From the IMG/VR virus record IMGVR_UViG_3300005259_000074, positions 128,001-192,000 of that record: a stretch of DNA of 64,000 nucleotides; one strand, given 5' to 3'. The translations under genes were made by a program, and so were the position numbers. Positions 30,209 to 39,642 of the stretch are shown here, in pieces (position 1 is the first letter of the stretch; every line of letters starts with the position of its first letter). Source of the stretch: a virus. Lineage: Duplodnaviria; Caudoviricetes. The notes beneath the pieces were generated by a model. That model made no database searches. It was not told where the DNA came from and was given only the letters and a program-made list of their open reading frames with translations.

Positions 30209-30469
30209 TCATATGAAAATCTTATAAAGCATCTTTTTATAGATCAGCATGATCAGCAGACCTTTGCCGTCTATCTTGATGTTGAACTTAGAGTAAAAGA
30301 GATTGTGTTTCTCTTCCCATTCTATATCCAATTTTTTCTTAGACTTCTCATTCTCGAGGAATTTTCTCAATTTCCTCCTCGAAAAGAAATCGCTAGTCGC
30401 AGTTAAAGACGTGAAATACATCGTATCAGCATGTAATTCCCAGTCTCTCACTATCTCCTCGTTGGTCAT
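30209..30469 (-). CDS. Hypothetical protein
   Basis: 86-aa ORF with ATGA overlap. Confidence 0.5.
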   Translation of the reverse strand: MTNEEIVRDWELHADTMYFTSLTATSDFFSRRKLRKFLENEKSKKKLDIEWEEKHNLFYSKFNIKIDGKGLLIMLIYKKMLYKIFI

Positions 30470-30837
30470 TTCTTCTCTACTTCACCGGAGTTCTCCCTGA
30501 TGTCGAATGTCCTGCGGCAAAACGTCTTAGGATTCCAGATGTCTCGGCCGCCCATGTGATAATAGCCGAATATGTAGACTCTCCTTACTTTGAAATTAGG
30601 AGTAGACTCCGGGAGCACGGATACTACGGCGACATCTCCGTCATCGAAGGTCACGCTTTCGATTTTTCCTTCTACTGGGAAATCATTCTTCGGTTGGAGA
30701 CGATCTATGTCAGTGATGATCTGTTGTGTGTGTTCTATGTGCATTTTGTCAAAATGAGCGCACGAGTAGCTTATGGCAGCAACACATGCTGTCACTATTG
30801 CGACAATGATTCCAACTGTTATCAATACTTCTTTCAT
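30466..30837 (-). CDS. Hypothetical protein with N-terminal hydrophobic anchor
   Basis: LITVGIIVAIVTACVAAI segment. Confidence 0.55.
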   Translation of the reverse strand: MKEVLITVGIIVAIVTACVAAISYSCAHFDKMHIEHTQQIITDIDRLQPKNDFPVEGKIESVTFDDGDVAVVSVLPESTPNFKVRRVYIFGYYHMGGRDIWNPKTFCRRTFDIRENSGEVEKK

Positions 30838-30862
30838 ATCATTTTCCTTTTCAGATGTTGGG

Positions 30863-32497
30863 TTAGACTCCGACGCCGTCTATTTTCGCGTGGTTGTACA
30901 CTGGACTTATCTCGCTGTGGCTGCCAGCTGTGTAGACCACAGACACCTTTATCTTCGGCTTCCTCCATGGGGTATATCCGTCTGTCAAGAATATTGCCCT
31001 CACCTCTCTCAGCTTTTGTCCCTTGCTGTTCTTCTCGAGGTTGTTCTCGATGTAGTCGAGAGCTTTAGTCAGATCGGTACCTCCTCTTCCGTGCATCTTT
31101 ATGCCGACATCCTTCGGGAGGCGCTTGAACTTTCTGATGCTCTTCTCGTGGACTCCGTCGTCGCACTCAATGAGAGTCACTTGTGTTCCTGTGCTTCTCA
31201 TTCCCTTACGGACATATCCCATAAATTTGGTGAGTTCGTCGTCTCCGACGGAACCGGAGGTGTCTACTACTATGTACACCTTCCTCCCTTCGATGACATG
31301 CTTCTTGTAGTGAAAGCTGTCTTCGAACCGCCGCGACGGCCTTCCGAAGTAGTAGTTCACTTCAGCTTTGATGTCGTCTCCGAACGCATGGGTGATGAGC
31401 TTCTCCCAGATCTTAGAATGCACTTTCCCCTCGTAGTCTGGGAGGATTGAAGAGAGTCCATCTCCTTGTCCGATTCCCTTCTTACGCTCGTGATCTTCCT
31501 GACGCTTCTTCGCCTTCTTGAGGATCTCGCGGAACACAGAGTTGTCTTGCGCCGCATTGGAAATCTGCTTGTTGTGGCCGTAGAGATCGTTCATTATCTT
31601 TTCGAGACCACTACCGCACTTCCCGCACGCGGCCGGACAACTGACTTGTCCGTTTCCCTGCCCTTGCTGTTGGCCATTCTGTCCCTGACCTTGCCCTGGC
31701 TGCTGTCCACCCTGACCAGGCTGTCCCTGTTGGCTGGGTTGCTGGCCTTGCCCCGGTTGTTGGCCGGGCTGCTGGCCATTCTGTCCCTGCTGACTCGGCT
31801 GCGGTTGCTGTCCACCTGGTTTTTGCTGCTGCTGCTGCTGACCTTGCTGGTTGTGTTTGCACGAAGAACAGGGATTCTTTGCGGGGTGCTCGCGAAGGAT
31901 CTTGTAGTAGTATTCAGCCTGCATCTTCTCGTCAACTTTGACGTTGGGATATCCTCTGTCTTTGAGCATCTCTTTGAAGCTCTTGAAAGTTATCCAATCC
32001 CCTTCTTGGACATTGATGAGCTGGTTGATTGCGTTGTCGGCTCCGATGTTGAAGTCGCTGTGCTTCTGAGGGTCGACTTTGCCGTCTGCCTCTTGGAGGA
32101 TTGGCCGGAACCTTGAGAAGTGGTGGAGGCCCTCGTGCAAGACTTCGTGCTCGAGGACGAAGAGTTGCATCGGACGACTGAGTGTAGCCAGGAAGTAGTT
32201 GTTGATCTCAATCAACAGTTTTTGGCAGTTCACCGCAGCAGTTGGAACACTCGTGGATATCTTCCTATCGAGGCGGCTCAGTGTGTAGCCGTAAAACGGT
32301 TTGTTAAGGTAGAGTGATTTGATGAGTTCCGATATGTAGAATGAGTTTATCTCCGACGGTTGTTGGACGTATGGCCTCCCGTTGTAGTAGTCGGGGTTGT
32401 TCTGAGTCGCGAGGATGCGCTCGAGGATGGGCTTGGCGTTCCACCGGTCAGCTTCCGCTTGCGTTACGAGCTTGACAGTCTTTGGAAGTTCGTTCAT
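30863..32497 (-). CDS. Metallopeptidase-VWA-like protein (DUF2201-type) with Gln/Gly-rich linker
   Basis: HEVLHEGLHH (HExxH), VVDTSGSV MIDAS and GRGGTDL motifs. Confidence 0.85.
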   Translation of the reverse strand: MNELPKTVKLVTQAEADRWNAKPILERILATQNNPDYYNGRPYVQQPSEINSFYISELIKSLYLNKPFYGYTLSRLDRKISTSVPTAAVNCQKLLIEINNYFLATLSRPMQLFVLEHEVLHEGLHHFSRFRPILQEADGKVDPQKHSDFNIGADNAINQLINVQEGDWITFKSFKEMLKDRGYPNVKVDEKMQAEYYYKILREHPAKNPCSSCKHNQQGQQQQQQKPGGQQPQPSQQGQNGQQPGQQPGQGQQPSQQGQPGQGGQQPGQGQGQNGQQQGQGNGQVSCPAACGKCGSGLEKIMNDLYGHNKQISNAAQDNSVFREILKKAKKRQEDHERKKGIGQGDGLSSILPDYEGKVHSKIWEKLITHAFGDDIKAEVNYYFGRPSRRFEDSFHYKKHVIEGRKVYIVVDTSGSVGDDELTKFMGYVRKGMRSTGTQVTLIECDDGVHEKSIRKFKRLPKDVGIKMHGRGGTDLTKALDYIENNLEKNSKGQKLREVRAIFLTDGYTPWRKPKIKVSVVYTAGSHSEISPVYNHAKIDGVGV

Positions 32498-32561
32498 GTG
32501 AGACCTTTCGCTTTATGTATAATACAAGATAGGCATTCGTAAATTCTTCTTCTACAGGTCT

Positions 32562-32589
32562 AATATAACCTTCGAACCGAAGATGTAAA
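32562..32589 (-). promoter_or_regulatory. Early sigma70-like promoter TTTACA-N16-TATATT
   Basis: Shares GTTATATTAGAC with the copies at 32744 and 47787; points at the VWA gene. Confidence 0.65.
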
Positions 32590-32743
32590 ACAGTTCTAAG
32601 AAAAAAGTCTCAAAAAAGTAGGGCTCAAGTTTGTGTGAAAATTCTTTCGAATTCCCTTTACATTTACATTTGATGGATTATACGCGTACGCGCGTTTGTA
32701 TATGGAATGGAATTAAATGAGTGCATTTTTTCTGAAATTTCCC

Positions 32744-32776
32744 TTTACATCTTTACTTATGGCGTTATATTAGACT
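32744..32776 (+). promoter_or_regulatory. Early sigma70-like promoter TTTACA-N16-TATATT
   Basis: 21-nt exact repeat CTTATGGCGTTATATTAGACT shared with 47799-47819. Confidence 0.7.
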
Positions 32777-32793
32777 CCATTGAGGGAATCACG

Positions 32794-32961
32794 ATGCCTC
32801 CTTCACAAATAGATGAAATTGAGATGGCTAAGAAGTTGTCGCGGAAGCAAGCTATGTGGAACGACGTGCTGAAGTCGACGGAGGCTGCGGCAAAAGCTGA
32901 GAAGACACCAGAACAATATGCCGTTTTCAAAGCATACCAAGACAAGTGCGGTGCCTTCTGA
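32794..32961 (+). CDS. Small hypothetical protein
   Basis: ATG at 32794 just after the promoter and a GAGGG SD. Confidence 0.55.
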   Translation: MPPSQIDEIEMAKKLSRKQAMWNDVLKSTEAAAKAEKTPEQYAVFKAYQDKCGAF

Positions 32962-33012
32962 GAAGACTGATAACTTCGAGTCTAAGCACTTTAGAGACGG
33001 AGACCATGACTA

Positions 33013-33282
33013 ATGAAAACATCTGTACCACCGCTGCTAGAAAAGGATGAGGAAACTGACGTCACAATGCCGGATCTACTTCCAGTGATAAGGTCGATGA
33101 CGACCGCCCCGAGAGATGGAACAGTCATCATCCTCTTTACTGACGCGGCGTTCACCTCGACTGCTTATAAAGGTCGCTGGAAAGCAGGCATAGCATGGGA
33201 GATTCCTGGACACGTGACATGGTATAAGGACTGCGCTTTCATCGGCTGGTTGCCCGCAACAGTCGAGAAGATAACTCAGTGA
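33013..33282 (+). CDS. Small phage protein (DUF551-like)
   Basis: TAPRDGT.IIL ... W...GWLP pattern. Confidence 0.5.
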   Translation: MKTSVPPLLEKDEETDVTMPDLLPVIRSMTTAPRDGTVIILFTDAAFTSTAYKGRWKAGIAWEIPGHVTWYKDCAFIGWLPATVEKITQ

Positions 33283-33339
33283 ACTTAGATTAAGGAGAAC
33301 ACTACTCTGAAGAAACAATTAAAAAATCTGAAAGTTCCC

Positions 33340-33367
33340 TTTACATTCACTCGATGTGAATTACATT
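33340..33367 (+). promoter_or_regulatory. Early promoter TTTACA-N16-TACATT
   Basis: TTCCCTTTACAT motif upstream of the AAA gene. Confidence 0.55.
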
Positions 33368-33423
33368 AGGTATTATTAACAGCAATCAGAAGTAAAACCT
33401 TCCCAAATCCAAAAGGAGAAAAC

Positions 33424-34575
33424 ATGGCAAGGGTGAACATCTCGAAGTTCAAGGAAATCGTGGCCTTCATCGCGAGGGCAAAGAGAGAACACGGTATCAC
33501 GTGCCCCATCCTCGTGTGGGGGAAGCAAGCAACCGGCAAGACGTCTTCGGTCAGACAGACTGCGGTCGCAATCAACGACATCCTCAAAGCTGCGGGCGGA
33601 GAAGTGACGAGTGCCACGTCCGTGACGCTGAACCTGGCTAACCAGACCCCGGAGGAGCTGCTAGGCTTTCCTAGCAAAGACGAGAAGAGCCAGACTACGA
33701 TCTACTTCCGGCCTTCGTGGATGCTCGACGAACCCAACACCCAAGTCTTCTACTTCTTGGACGAGATCAACAGAGCGCCGAAGTACGTGCTGCAGAGCAT
33801 GTTCAACTTCATCAATGAGGGGCGTCTCCATGATCATTCCATAAAGCCAATCGACATCGTCATCGCGGCGGCGAACCCACCAACGGAAGAATTTGAAGTC
33901 ACCGACTTCGATGACGCAGCGTTCATATCCAGGTTCGCTCACTTCGAGTTGGAACCCGATCTCGAAGAAGTCTTGAAGTACTTTGCTGCCAACAAGGACA
34001 TAGATCCGATCGTTCAAGACGTGATGAAGGAAGCCCCCGCCATCGATTCCGACGTCCCAGCGATCAAGATCGTTCCCGACTTCAGGATGTATGAGAGGGC
34101 TGGTCTCCTCTTGAAGATCATGAAGGAAGCTGAACTGGAGTCTTTCGGAAGTCACCTCATGACAGCAATGCTCGGCCCTGATATCTCTACGCTGATCCTG
34201 CGGAAAGCAAAGGACAGGCTGAAGGACATCAAGGCCGAAGACCTCCTCACCGGCAAGGTGAAGTTGTCGAGCATCCCACTCGACCGCATAGACGTGATCA
34301 CTGTGCTCAACGCGAACATTGCGAGGTACTTCAAGTCGAAAGGGTGGGCATTCCCCGACAAGAATGGGAAGATCACCGCGGTAGCTCCGACGTCCGTCCT
34401 GAAGATCATCGCAAGCTATGTCGAATACATCCCCAGAGATTCGGCGATCGCGCTGATCAAGGACTTCAAGATCCAGGGAACTCCTACTAAGGTAGTGAGA
34501 GATTACGTTCTCACGGAACTTAGCAAGAATTTCCTCTATGAGCTCTTGGAGGTTCAAGGATCAGCAAAACGCTGA
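33424..34575 (+). CDS. MoxR/AAA_5-like AAA+ ATPase
   Basis: WGKQATGKT Walker A, FLDEINRA Walker B, AANP sensor, SRF Arg finger; divergent from the VWA gene. Confidence 0.85.
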   Translation: MARVNISKFKEIVAFIARAKREHGITCPILVWGKQATGKTSSVRQTAVAINDILKAAGGEVTSATSVTLNLANQTPEELLGFPSKDEKSQTTIYFRPSWMLDEPNTQVFYFLDEINRAPKYVLQSMFNFINEGRLHDHSIKPIDIVIAAANPPTEEFEVTDFDDAAFISRFAHFELEPDLEEVLKYFAANKDIDPIVQDVMKEAPAIDSDVPAIKIVPDFRMYERAGLLLKIMKEAELESFGSHLMTAMLGPDISTLILRKAKDRLKDIKAEDLLTGKVKLSSIPLDRIDVITVLNANIARYFKSKGWAFPDKNGKITAVAPTSVLKIIASYVEYIPRDSAIALIKDFKIQGTPTKVVRDYVLTELSKNFLYELLEVQGSAKR

Positions 34576-34583
34576 TCACATTA

Positions 34584-34601
34584 GGGTGTCTTCGGACACC
34601 C
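34584..34601 (+). other. GC-rich UUCG hairpin after the AAA gene
   Basis: GGGTGTC-TTCG-GACACCC, no U-tract. Confidence 0.6.
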
Positions 34602-34620
34602 ACATATTTCAGGAGACAAA

Positions 34621-35316
34621 GTGATGGGAAAGTGTTGGAGTGCACTGTCATCAGCTGCCGAAGCCATGCAAAATGTAGGCAGTGGTTTGACCGTGATAGT
34701 TCCACGCAGAACTCCAGATGCATGGTGGAAAGATGACAGTTATGCCGATGCGGTGTTAGAGCTCTCTGATCTGAAATACGGATTCCCAGTGATCAGAGCT
34801 GAATTTCACCCAGTGATCTCAGATACTCAGTATTCCGTGATCATAGGAGTACCGTTCAGTATCGATGAAACTAATGTCATGGCGGTCATTAAAAATCTTT
34901 ATTTCGAGCAGACTTATCTATGTGATGATGTTGTCAACACTCGGATAGTGAGTGCGGCTGTCATTGCAGTATTGGAGCGCGTCAGAGATTCTGGATTGCT
35001 CGGAAAGTTGAAAGCAAAGATATCTGAAGAATGTGAGAAGATCATCAATGTAGCGAAAGTCAGCGTAGAAGACGTGAGGTTTTTTCCCGTGTTCGATGGG
35101 TTATCCTTCACCAATAGAAGAGGAAACCCCATCGGAATTGTGATGAAACATAAGAAGTATAACATATCTGCGACTTTCATGACTAACGGAAAGATTCTAG
35201 TCGAATCTTCGGATGGAAAGTTGTGTCCAGATTCTCACATGCTTCCTGCAGTCTGGCAGTTGATGCTAGACATAGCTGCCAGTAAAAGTGCGAGTTCTAC
35301 AATAGAGAACTTATGA
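34621..35316 (+). CDS. Hypothetical protein
   Basis: 231-aa ORF with AGGAG SD; ends TIENL. Confidence 0.65.
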   Translation: MMGKCWSALSSAAEAMQNVGSGLTVIVPRRTPDAWWKDDSYADAVLELSDLKYGFPVIRAEFHPVISDTQYSVIIGVPFSIDETNVMAVIKNLYFEQTYLCDDVVNTRIVSAAVIAVLERVRDSGLLGKLKAKISEECEKIINVAKVSVEDVRFFPVFDGLSFTNRRGNPIGIVMKHKKYNISATFMTNGKILVESSDGKLCPDSHMLPAVWQLMLDIAASKSASSTIENL

Positions 35317-35621
35317 AGACGAAGAATAGCGATCCTCTTAGTTCCTGCATTGTGTCAGTGATCATCGATAAGACGTACATGCAGAGGGGAGTGTTTGTCA
35401 TGATGCTGTGTGTCATTTCTCTCTTGTTCTGCAATTCAATTATTTTCTTAACAGGATATTTGATAGCAGATGTAGTGTGCTATCACGATTGGATCGCAAT
35501 CTTTCCTACAATATTCGCTGTCGCATCCACATACGTGTACTTTTTGATGCTGTTTCAGTTGTGTCGAGCTGTCGAGAAGGAGCTAGCGGATCGTGTTGAA
35601 GACGCAGTAGAGAAGCTCTAA
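35313..35621 (+). CDS. Membrane protein (two hydrophobic segments)
   Basis: Hydrophobic stretches; ends AVEKL. Confidence 0.6.
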   Translation: MKTKNSDPLSSCIVSVIIDKTYMQRGVFVMMLCVISLLFCNSIIFLTGYLIADVVCYHDWIAIFPTIFAVASTYVYFLMLFQLCRAVEKELADRVEDAVEKL

Positions 35622-35634
35622 AACATCCTCCGCG

Positions 35635-35967
35635 GTGTATTTTAAAGAAACGAAAGGACATAATCATATGCAAATGGACTCTGAAGAAGTTCGTAAGACT
35701 ATCTCGGAAGTGTGCGAAGAGCTGAAGAGCATATTGTTGGAGAAGAACAAGGCGTATGGGAACTCAGCGCTCGAACCAGTCAGAGTGTTCTCCCGTGCCA
35801 ACCCGCTCGAGCAGATCAACGTCAGGATCGATGACAAGCTATCTCGTATATCTCGTGGTAGTGAATTCCAAGGAGATGATACAGAGTTCGACCTCATTGG
35901 GTATCTGATTCTCAAGAGAGTCTACAAGAGGATGACTACAAATGAAAATAGAGACGGAAAAGGCTAA
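35635..35967 (+). CDS. Nucleotide-modification-associated domain protein (DUF1599/Nmad1-like)
   Basis: LLEKNKAYGNSA...RIDDKLSRI...DLIGYLIL. Confidence 0.7.
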   Translation: MYFKETKGHNHMQMDSEEVRKTISEVCEELKSILLEKNKAYGNSALEPVRVFSRANPLEQINVRIDDKLSRISRGSEFQGDDTEFDLIGYLILKRVYKRMTTNENRDGKG

Positions 35968-36265
35968 TTTGCGTTATCGTCTCAATTCTTTTTGTCTCGC
36001 TCTAAAGAAGATCTCTGAAGATACAGAAGACTTCGATGATATATTTTGTCTTCCACTGATGAACACAAATGGAAAGTCAAAGACTCTGAAAGAGAGCCGA
36101 GAATTGCAGAAGAAGTGCACTCTCTATCAATCTCATGAATCTGGGTGGTGCAAGTTCTGCATGTCTGTCAGGGACTTCGACGGTGAGGAAGTGTGGTCAG
36201 ACATCTGTAAGAATGATTTCGCCAAAGATAAAGCCGCTATCATCAAAGCACTCGATGACATCTGA
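35942..36265 (+). CDS. Small Cys-rich protein, C-terminal-motif group (ends ALDDI)
   Basis: Six Cys; shared C-terminus. Confidence 0.65.
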   Translation: MKIETEKANLRYRLNSFCLALKKISEDTEDFDDIFCLPLMNTNGKSKTLKESRELQKKCTLYQSHESGWCKFCMSVRDFDGEEVWSDICKNDFAKDKAAIIKALDDI

Positions 36266-36274
36266 GGAATTCGT

Positions 36275-36505
36275 ATGACCGCTAAAGAGAATTTCTGCTC
36301 AGTCAGTACAGTCGACGTGGCTTTTGTATGCGGATGGCCTCACCAAGGAGATAAGGTTCCTTCTAAATGCAAATTTTTTATCAGAGCGAGACCGTGGAAC
36401 CTCAATGTTTGTAAGTGGTTCCAAGGTAGGACGCGCCCTAATTCTTGTTGCTGCGAAGAAGCTCAAGATGAAGCGATCATCGTCATGAAGATAGGTGACA
36501 TATGA
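36275..36505 (+). CDS. Small Cys-rich protein, C-terminal-motif group (ends KIGDI)
   Basis: Seven Cys in 76 aa. Confidence 0.65.
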   Translation: MTAKENFCSVSTVDVAFVCGWPHQGDKVPSKCKFFIRARPWNLNVCKWFQGRTRPNSCCCEEAQDEAIIVMKIGDI

Positions 36506-36804
36506 AGAAGACGTTCTGGGGAACTATGGATGGCGCTAAGAAGTTCAATCTGGCAGTGTACAGAGACCTTGATAAGTACGGCAGGCCAAACTCCAACTTA
36601 GTTCAGAGGGTCACCGAGAGAATTCTTCCCCGGTGTTCAGATGAATGTGAACGTGGAGATTGTTGCAGTTATCTTGAAGTAGAAGAGTTGGATGATTGTT
36701 ATTTTGCTTTTGAAGACAACACGATATCTTATTATTGCTCTAAGATTGGAGCGTATAAGCGCGCGGTAGATGCTGATCTTCTCAGGAAAATCGAGAACAT
36801 ATGA
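36502..36804 (+). CDS. Small Cys-rich protein, C-terminal-motif group (ends KIENI)
   Basis: ATGA overlaps at both ends. Confidence 0.65.
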   Translation: MKKTFWGTMDGAKKFNLAVYRDLDKYGRPNSNLVQRVTERILPRCSDECERGDCCSYLEVEELDDCYFAFEDNTISYYCSKIGAYKRAVDADLLRKIENI

Positions 36805-37064
36805 ATGATCGTTTGTTTGCGGGAACACTGAATAAGAGTATAAAAAGATTTGGAGAGGTTCTTCCTGCTTGTACAAATGGTGGGAATATATGGTGCTCTT
36901 ACTTTAAGTACGAGAAGAATGAACTATACTGCATACATGTACAGTTCTTGTCTCATAGTGAACAATTTGAAGAACACGCGTCATGTGGATATTTCTGCAG
37001 GCATGTGAATGCCTTTTGCCTCGCACAAGAGGCTGACTCTATAAGGAAATTGGAAGAGATTTGA
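36801..37064 (+). CDS. Small Cys-rich protein, C-terminal-motif group (ends KLEEI)
   Basis: Start/stop overlaps at both ends. Confidence 0.65.
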   Translation: MNDRLFAGTLNKSIKRFGEVLPACTNGGNIWCSYFKYEKNELYCIHVQFLSHSEQFEEHASCGYFCRHVNAFCLAQEADSIRKLEEI

Positions 37065-37591
37065 AAGTCATCAATTTTTTCGGGGCTTCTGGAGTAGGTA
37101 AGAGCACTCTCGCAGCGGGCCTCTTCCACATGATGAAGATGAATGGCCAGCGGGTCGAGTTGGTCACTGAGGTCGCTAAAGACTTAGTGTGGGCCGGTAG
37201 GAAGAAGTGTCTGTCGGACCAGATGTACGTCATAGCGATGCAGAATCATCGTCTAGAAGTCCTTAGAGATCAAGTGGACTACGTTGTCACTGACTCCCCT
37301 ATACCGCTGGGCATAGTCTACGCACCAACGAAGTACTTCAAGTCGTTTCCAGTGTTGATCATGGAGATCTTCAACAGCTACGAGAACCAAAATTTCTACG
37401 TCACTAGGAGGAATTTCGACTACGTCCGCGATGGACGTAAAGAGACGGAACAAGAATCCGATGCCAAAGGAAAGACCATCCTCCGCCTGCTAGAAGACCA
37501 ACACGTTCCTTATGAACACATAAGAGGGGACACTAAAGTGCTGTCCACTGTGTATATTGAGGTTGTCGGAGCAACACCAAAGGTAGTTTAA
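37061..37591 (+). CDS. P-loop kinase/ATPase (AAA_28/NadR-like)
   Basis: GASGVGKST, TEVAKD and VTDSP motifs. Confidence 0.75.
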   Translation: MKVINFFGASGVGKSTLAAGLFHMMKMNGQRVELVTEVAKDLVWAGRKKCLSDQMYVIAMQNHRLEVLRDQVDYVVTDSPIPLGIVYAPTKYFKSFPVLIMEIFNSYENQNFYVTRRNFDYVRDGRKETEQESDAKGKTILRLLEDQHVPYEHIRGDTKVLSTVYIEVVGATPKVV

Positions 37592-37783
37592 ATGTTCATG
37601 AAAAGAGACAAAGCTGAGAAGTTAGTAGATGAACTGATAGAAGAAGCTCGAAAACACAAGAGCTTTGGCGTCAGCAGACTCGACGTTCTCAGACGAGTTG
37701 TGATCGATGAGTTGGCTGAACCCAACTGGATCGACACTGCGAATCTATTTCCGGATGATAAAGAAGAGAATGAAGATCATTAA
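37592..37783 (+). CDS. Small hypothetical protein
   Basis: 63-aa ORF within the operon. Confidence 0.5.
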   Translation: MFMKRDKAEKLVDELIEEARKHKSFGVSRLDVLRRVVIDELAEPNWIDTANLFPDDKEENEDH

Positions 37784-38399
37784 CCAGTCTCACGAGATCC
37801 TTCCACCATTTCCAGAACAGGCTACTAGAGCTATAGAAGTAGCTGCGAGGACGTGTTACAAGTCAGAACGGCTCATCGATCACGATGAAGAGTCTGACGT
37901 AGAACTCTGCAATAAGTTGATCATCAGAGATCACACTGCTATGCTAGAGTTCGCTGATATCACCGTCAGATTCATCACCGACCGCGGTGTCACCCATGAG
38001 TTAGTCCGTCACAGAGTCTGTAGCTTCGCACAGGAGAGCACTCGGTACGTGAGGTACGACGGGAGCATGGAGTTCGTCAGGCCTGTGTGGTTCAAAGAGT
38101 GCCAAGTAGAAGGTGCAGTCAACCCGTCTACTATCTGGTTCGACGCCTGTCTAGCATCTGAGAACGCTTATCACTCGATGATCGAGTGTGGTTCGACACC
38201 TCAGGAAGCAAGGCAAGTCTTGAACAACAGCGTCAAGACGGAGATATGCATGAAGGCGAACGTCAGAGAGTGGAGACACATATTCAAACTCAGGACGTCT
38301 AAAGCAGCTCACCCGCAGATGAGGGCGTTGATGATGCCCCTGCTCGAAGAGTTGAAGTCCAGACTTCCGGTGTTGTTCTCAGACATCATTCCCAAGTAG
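37770..38399 (+). CDS. thyX: FAD-dependent thymidylate synthase
   Basis: THELVRHRVCSFAQESTRY signature; PQEARQVL, ANVREWRHI and AHPQMR motifs. Confidence 0.95.
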   Translation: MKIINQSHEILPPFPEQATRAIEVAARTCYKSERLIDHDEESDVELCNKLIIRDHTAMLEFADITVRFITDRGVTHELVRHRVCSFAQESTRYVRYDGSMEFVRPVWFKECQVEGAVNPSTIWFDACLASENAYHSMIECGSTPQEARQVLNNSVKTEICMKANVREWRHIFKLRTSKAAHPQMRALMMPLLEELKSRLPVLFSDIIPK

Positions 38400-38460
38400 A
38401 CCACCGCTACTGCTACCATATAGTCCTAGATGAAATGCCTAGGTCGGTGGACGTATTTCT

Positions 38461-38493
38461 ACCGTCGGGAGGTCATTTTTCCGACGGTTTTTT
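38461..38493 (+). terminator. Intrinsic terminator after thyX
   Basis: ACCGTCGG/CCGACGGT stem followed by TTTTTT. Confidence 0.75.
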
Positions 38494-38494
38494 C

Positions 38495-38502
38495 TATAAA
38501 TA
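38495..38502 (+). promoter_or_regulatory. T4-type late promoter TATAAATA
   Basis: Directly after the terminator and before the KamA-like gene. Confidence 0.6.
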
Positions 38503-38541
38503 ACGATCGTATTAAAACTCGAAAGGACTACGTTTTAAATC

Positions 38542-39642
38542 ATGTCGAACTCTGACGCTGGGTCTGTGGAAGCAGATCAACCTCCCTTGCCTAAGAATGA
38601 AAACTGCTGGAGATGGCAGTTAGCTAACAGGATAACCACAGCAGCTCAGCTGTCTGATATCATAGAACTAACCGAAGACGAACGATCTGCAATAGACCAC
38701 ACTGGTCTTCCCTTCGCGATAACTCCTTATTACGCGAAGCTGATATCAAACCCTCATATAAGAAAGTGCGTAGTGCCGAGCACTCATGAGATGACACACA
38801 GCGTCGGAGAAGACGCGGACCCACTCGGAGAAGAGTCTCACTCGAACGGCACGTGCGTAGTCCACCGGTACCCTGATCGCTGTCTGTTCATGGTGACTAA
38901 ATTCTGCTCGACGTTCTGCCGGTACTGCACTCGTTCTAGACTGGTTAGTGAAGGTGAGTGCATCTCAGATACTGACATAGAGGCAGGCATAGCTTATATC
39001 AGAGACCACGCGAAGATCAGAGATGTGATAGTGTCGGGTGGAGACCCTCTGACACTGTCTACAGATAAGTTAGACCGCATACTGACTGCGATAAGAAGCA
39101 TTTCACACGTGGAAGTCATCAGAATAGGTACTAAGGTTCCTGTGGTCCTTCCTCAGCGGATCGATCAAGAATTATGCCACATGTTAATGAAACACCACCC
39201 ACTGTTCGTTAATATACACTTCACTCACCTTGCGGAGCTGACACCTGAATGTGTTTCAGCGTGTTCTAAGCTTGCCAATTCTGGGATACCATTGGGATCT
39301 CAAACAGTGCTACTGAAAGGCGTCAACGATGATGCAACAACTATGAGACAGCTGTTTCAGGGACTGTTGAAGGCTCGGGTGATACCGCGATACTTGTACC
39401 AGTGCGACCCGGTGTTCGGTTCGTCTCACTTCCGGACTGACACGTCAGTGGGGTTAGACATCATCAGGTCTCTCAGAGGGTGGACTAGTGGGATGGCATG
39501 TCCCAGGTACGTCATTGACGCGCCTGGTGGTGGAGGAAAGATATGTCTAGAGCCGAACAGCGTGGTTGAAGACAATAGTGAAAAAATCACCATGAAGAAC
39601 TTCAGAGGAGAACTATACTCCTATCCGAAATTAGCGTCGTGA
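38542..39642 (+). CDS. kamA: Lysine 2,3-aminomutase-family radical SAM enzyme
   Basis: HRYPDR, CSTFCRYC (CxxxCxxC), VIVSGGDPL, IRIGT, SQTVLLKGVND and PGGGGK motifs. Confidence 0.9.
   Translation: MSNSDAGSVEADQPPLPKNENCWRWQLANRITTAAQLSDIIELTEDERSAIDHTGLPFAITPYYAKLISNPHIRKCVVPSTHEMTHSVGEDADPLGEESHSNGTCVVHRYPDRCLFMVTKFCSTFCRYCTRSRLVSEGECISDTDIEAGIAYIRDHAKIRDVIVSGGDPLTLSTDKLDRILTAIRSISHVEVIRIGTKVPVVLPQRIDQELCHMLMKHHPLFVNIHFTHLAELTPECVSACSKLANSGIPLGSQTVLLKGVNDDATTMRQLFQGLLKARVIPRYLYQCDPVFGSSHFRTDTSVGLDIIRSLRGWTSGMACPRYVIDAPGGGGKICLEPNSVVEDNSEKITMKNFRGELYSYPKLAS

Noticed and set aside
33661-34557. 298-aa antisense ORF
   Set aside because: It is a shadow of the AAA ATPase, which has all catalytic motifs on the plus strand
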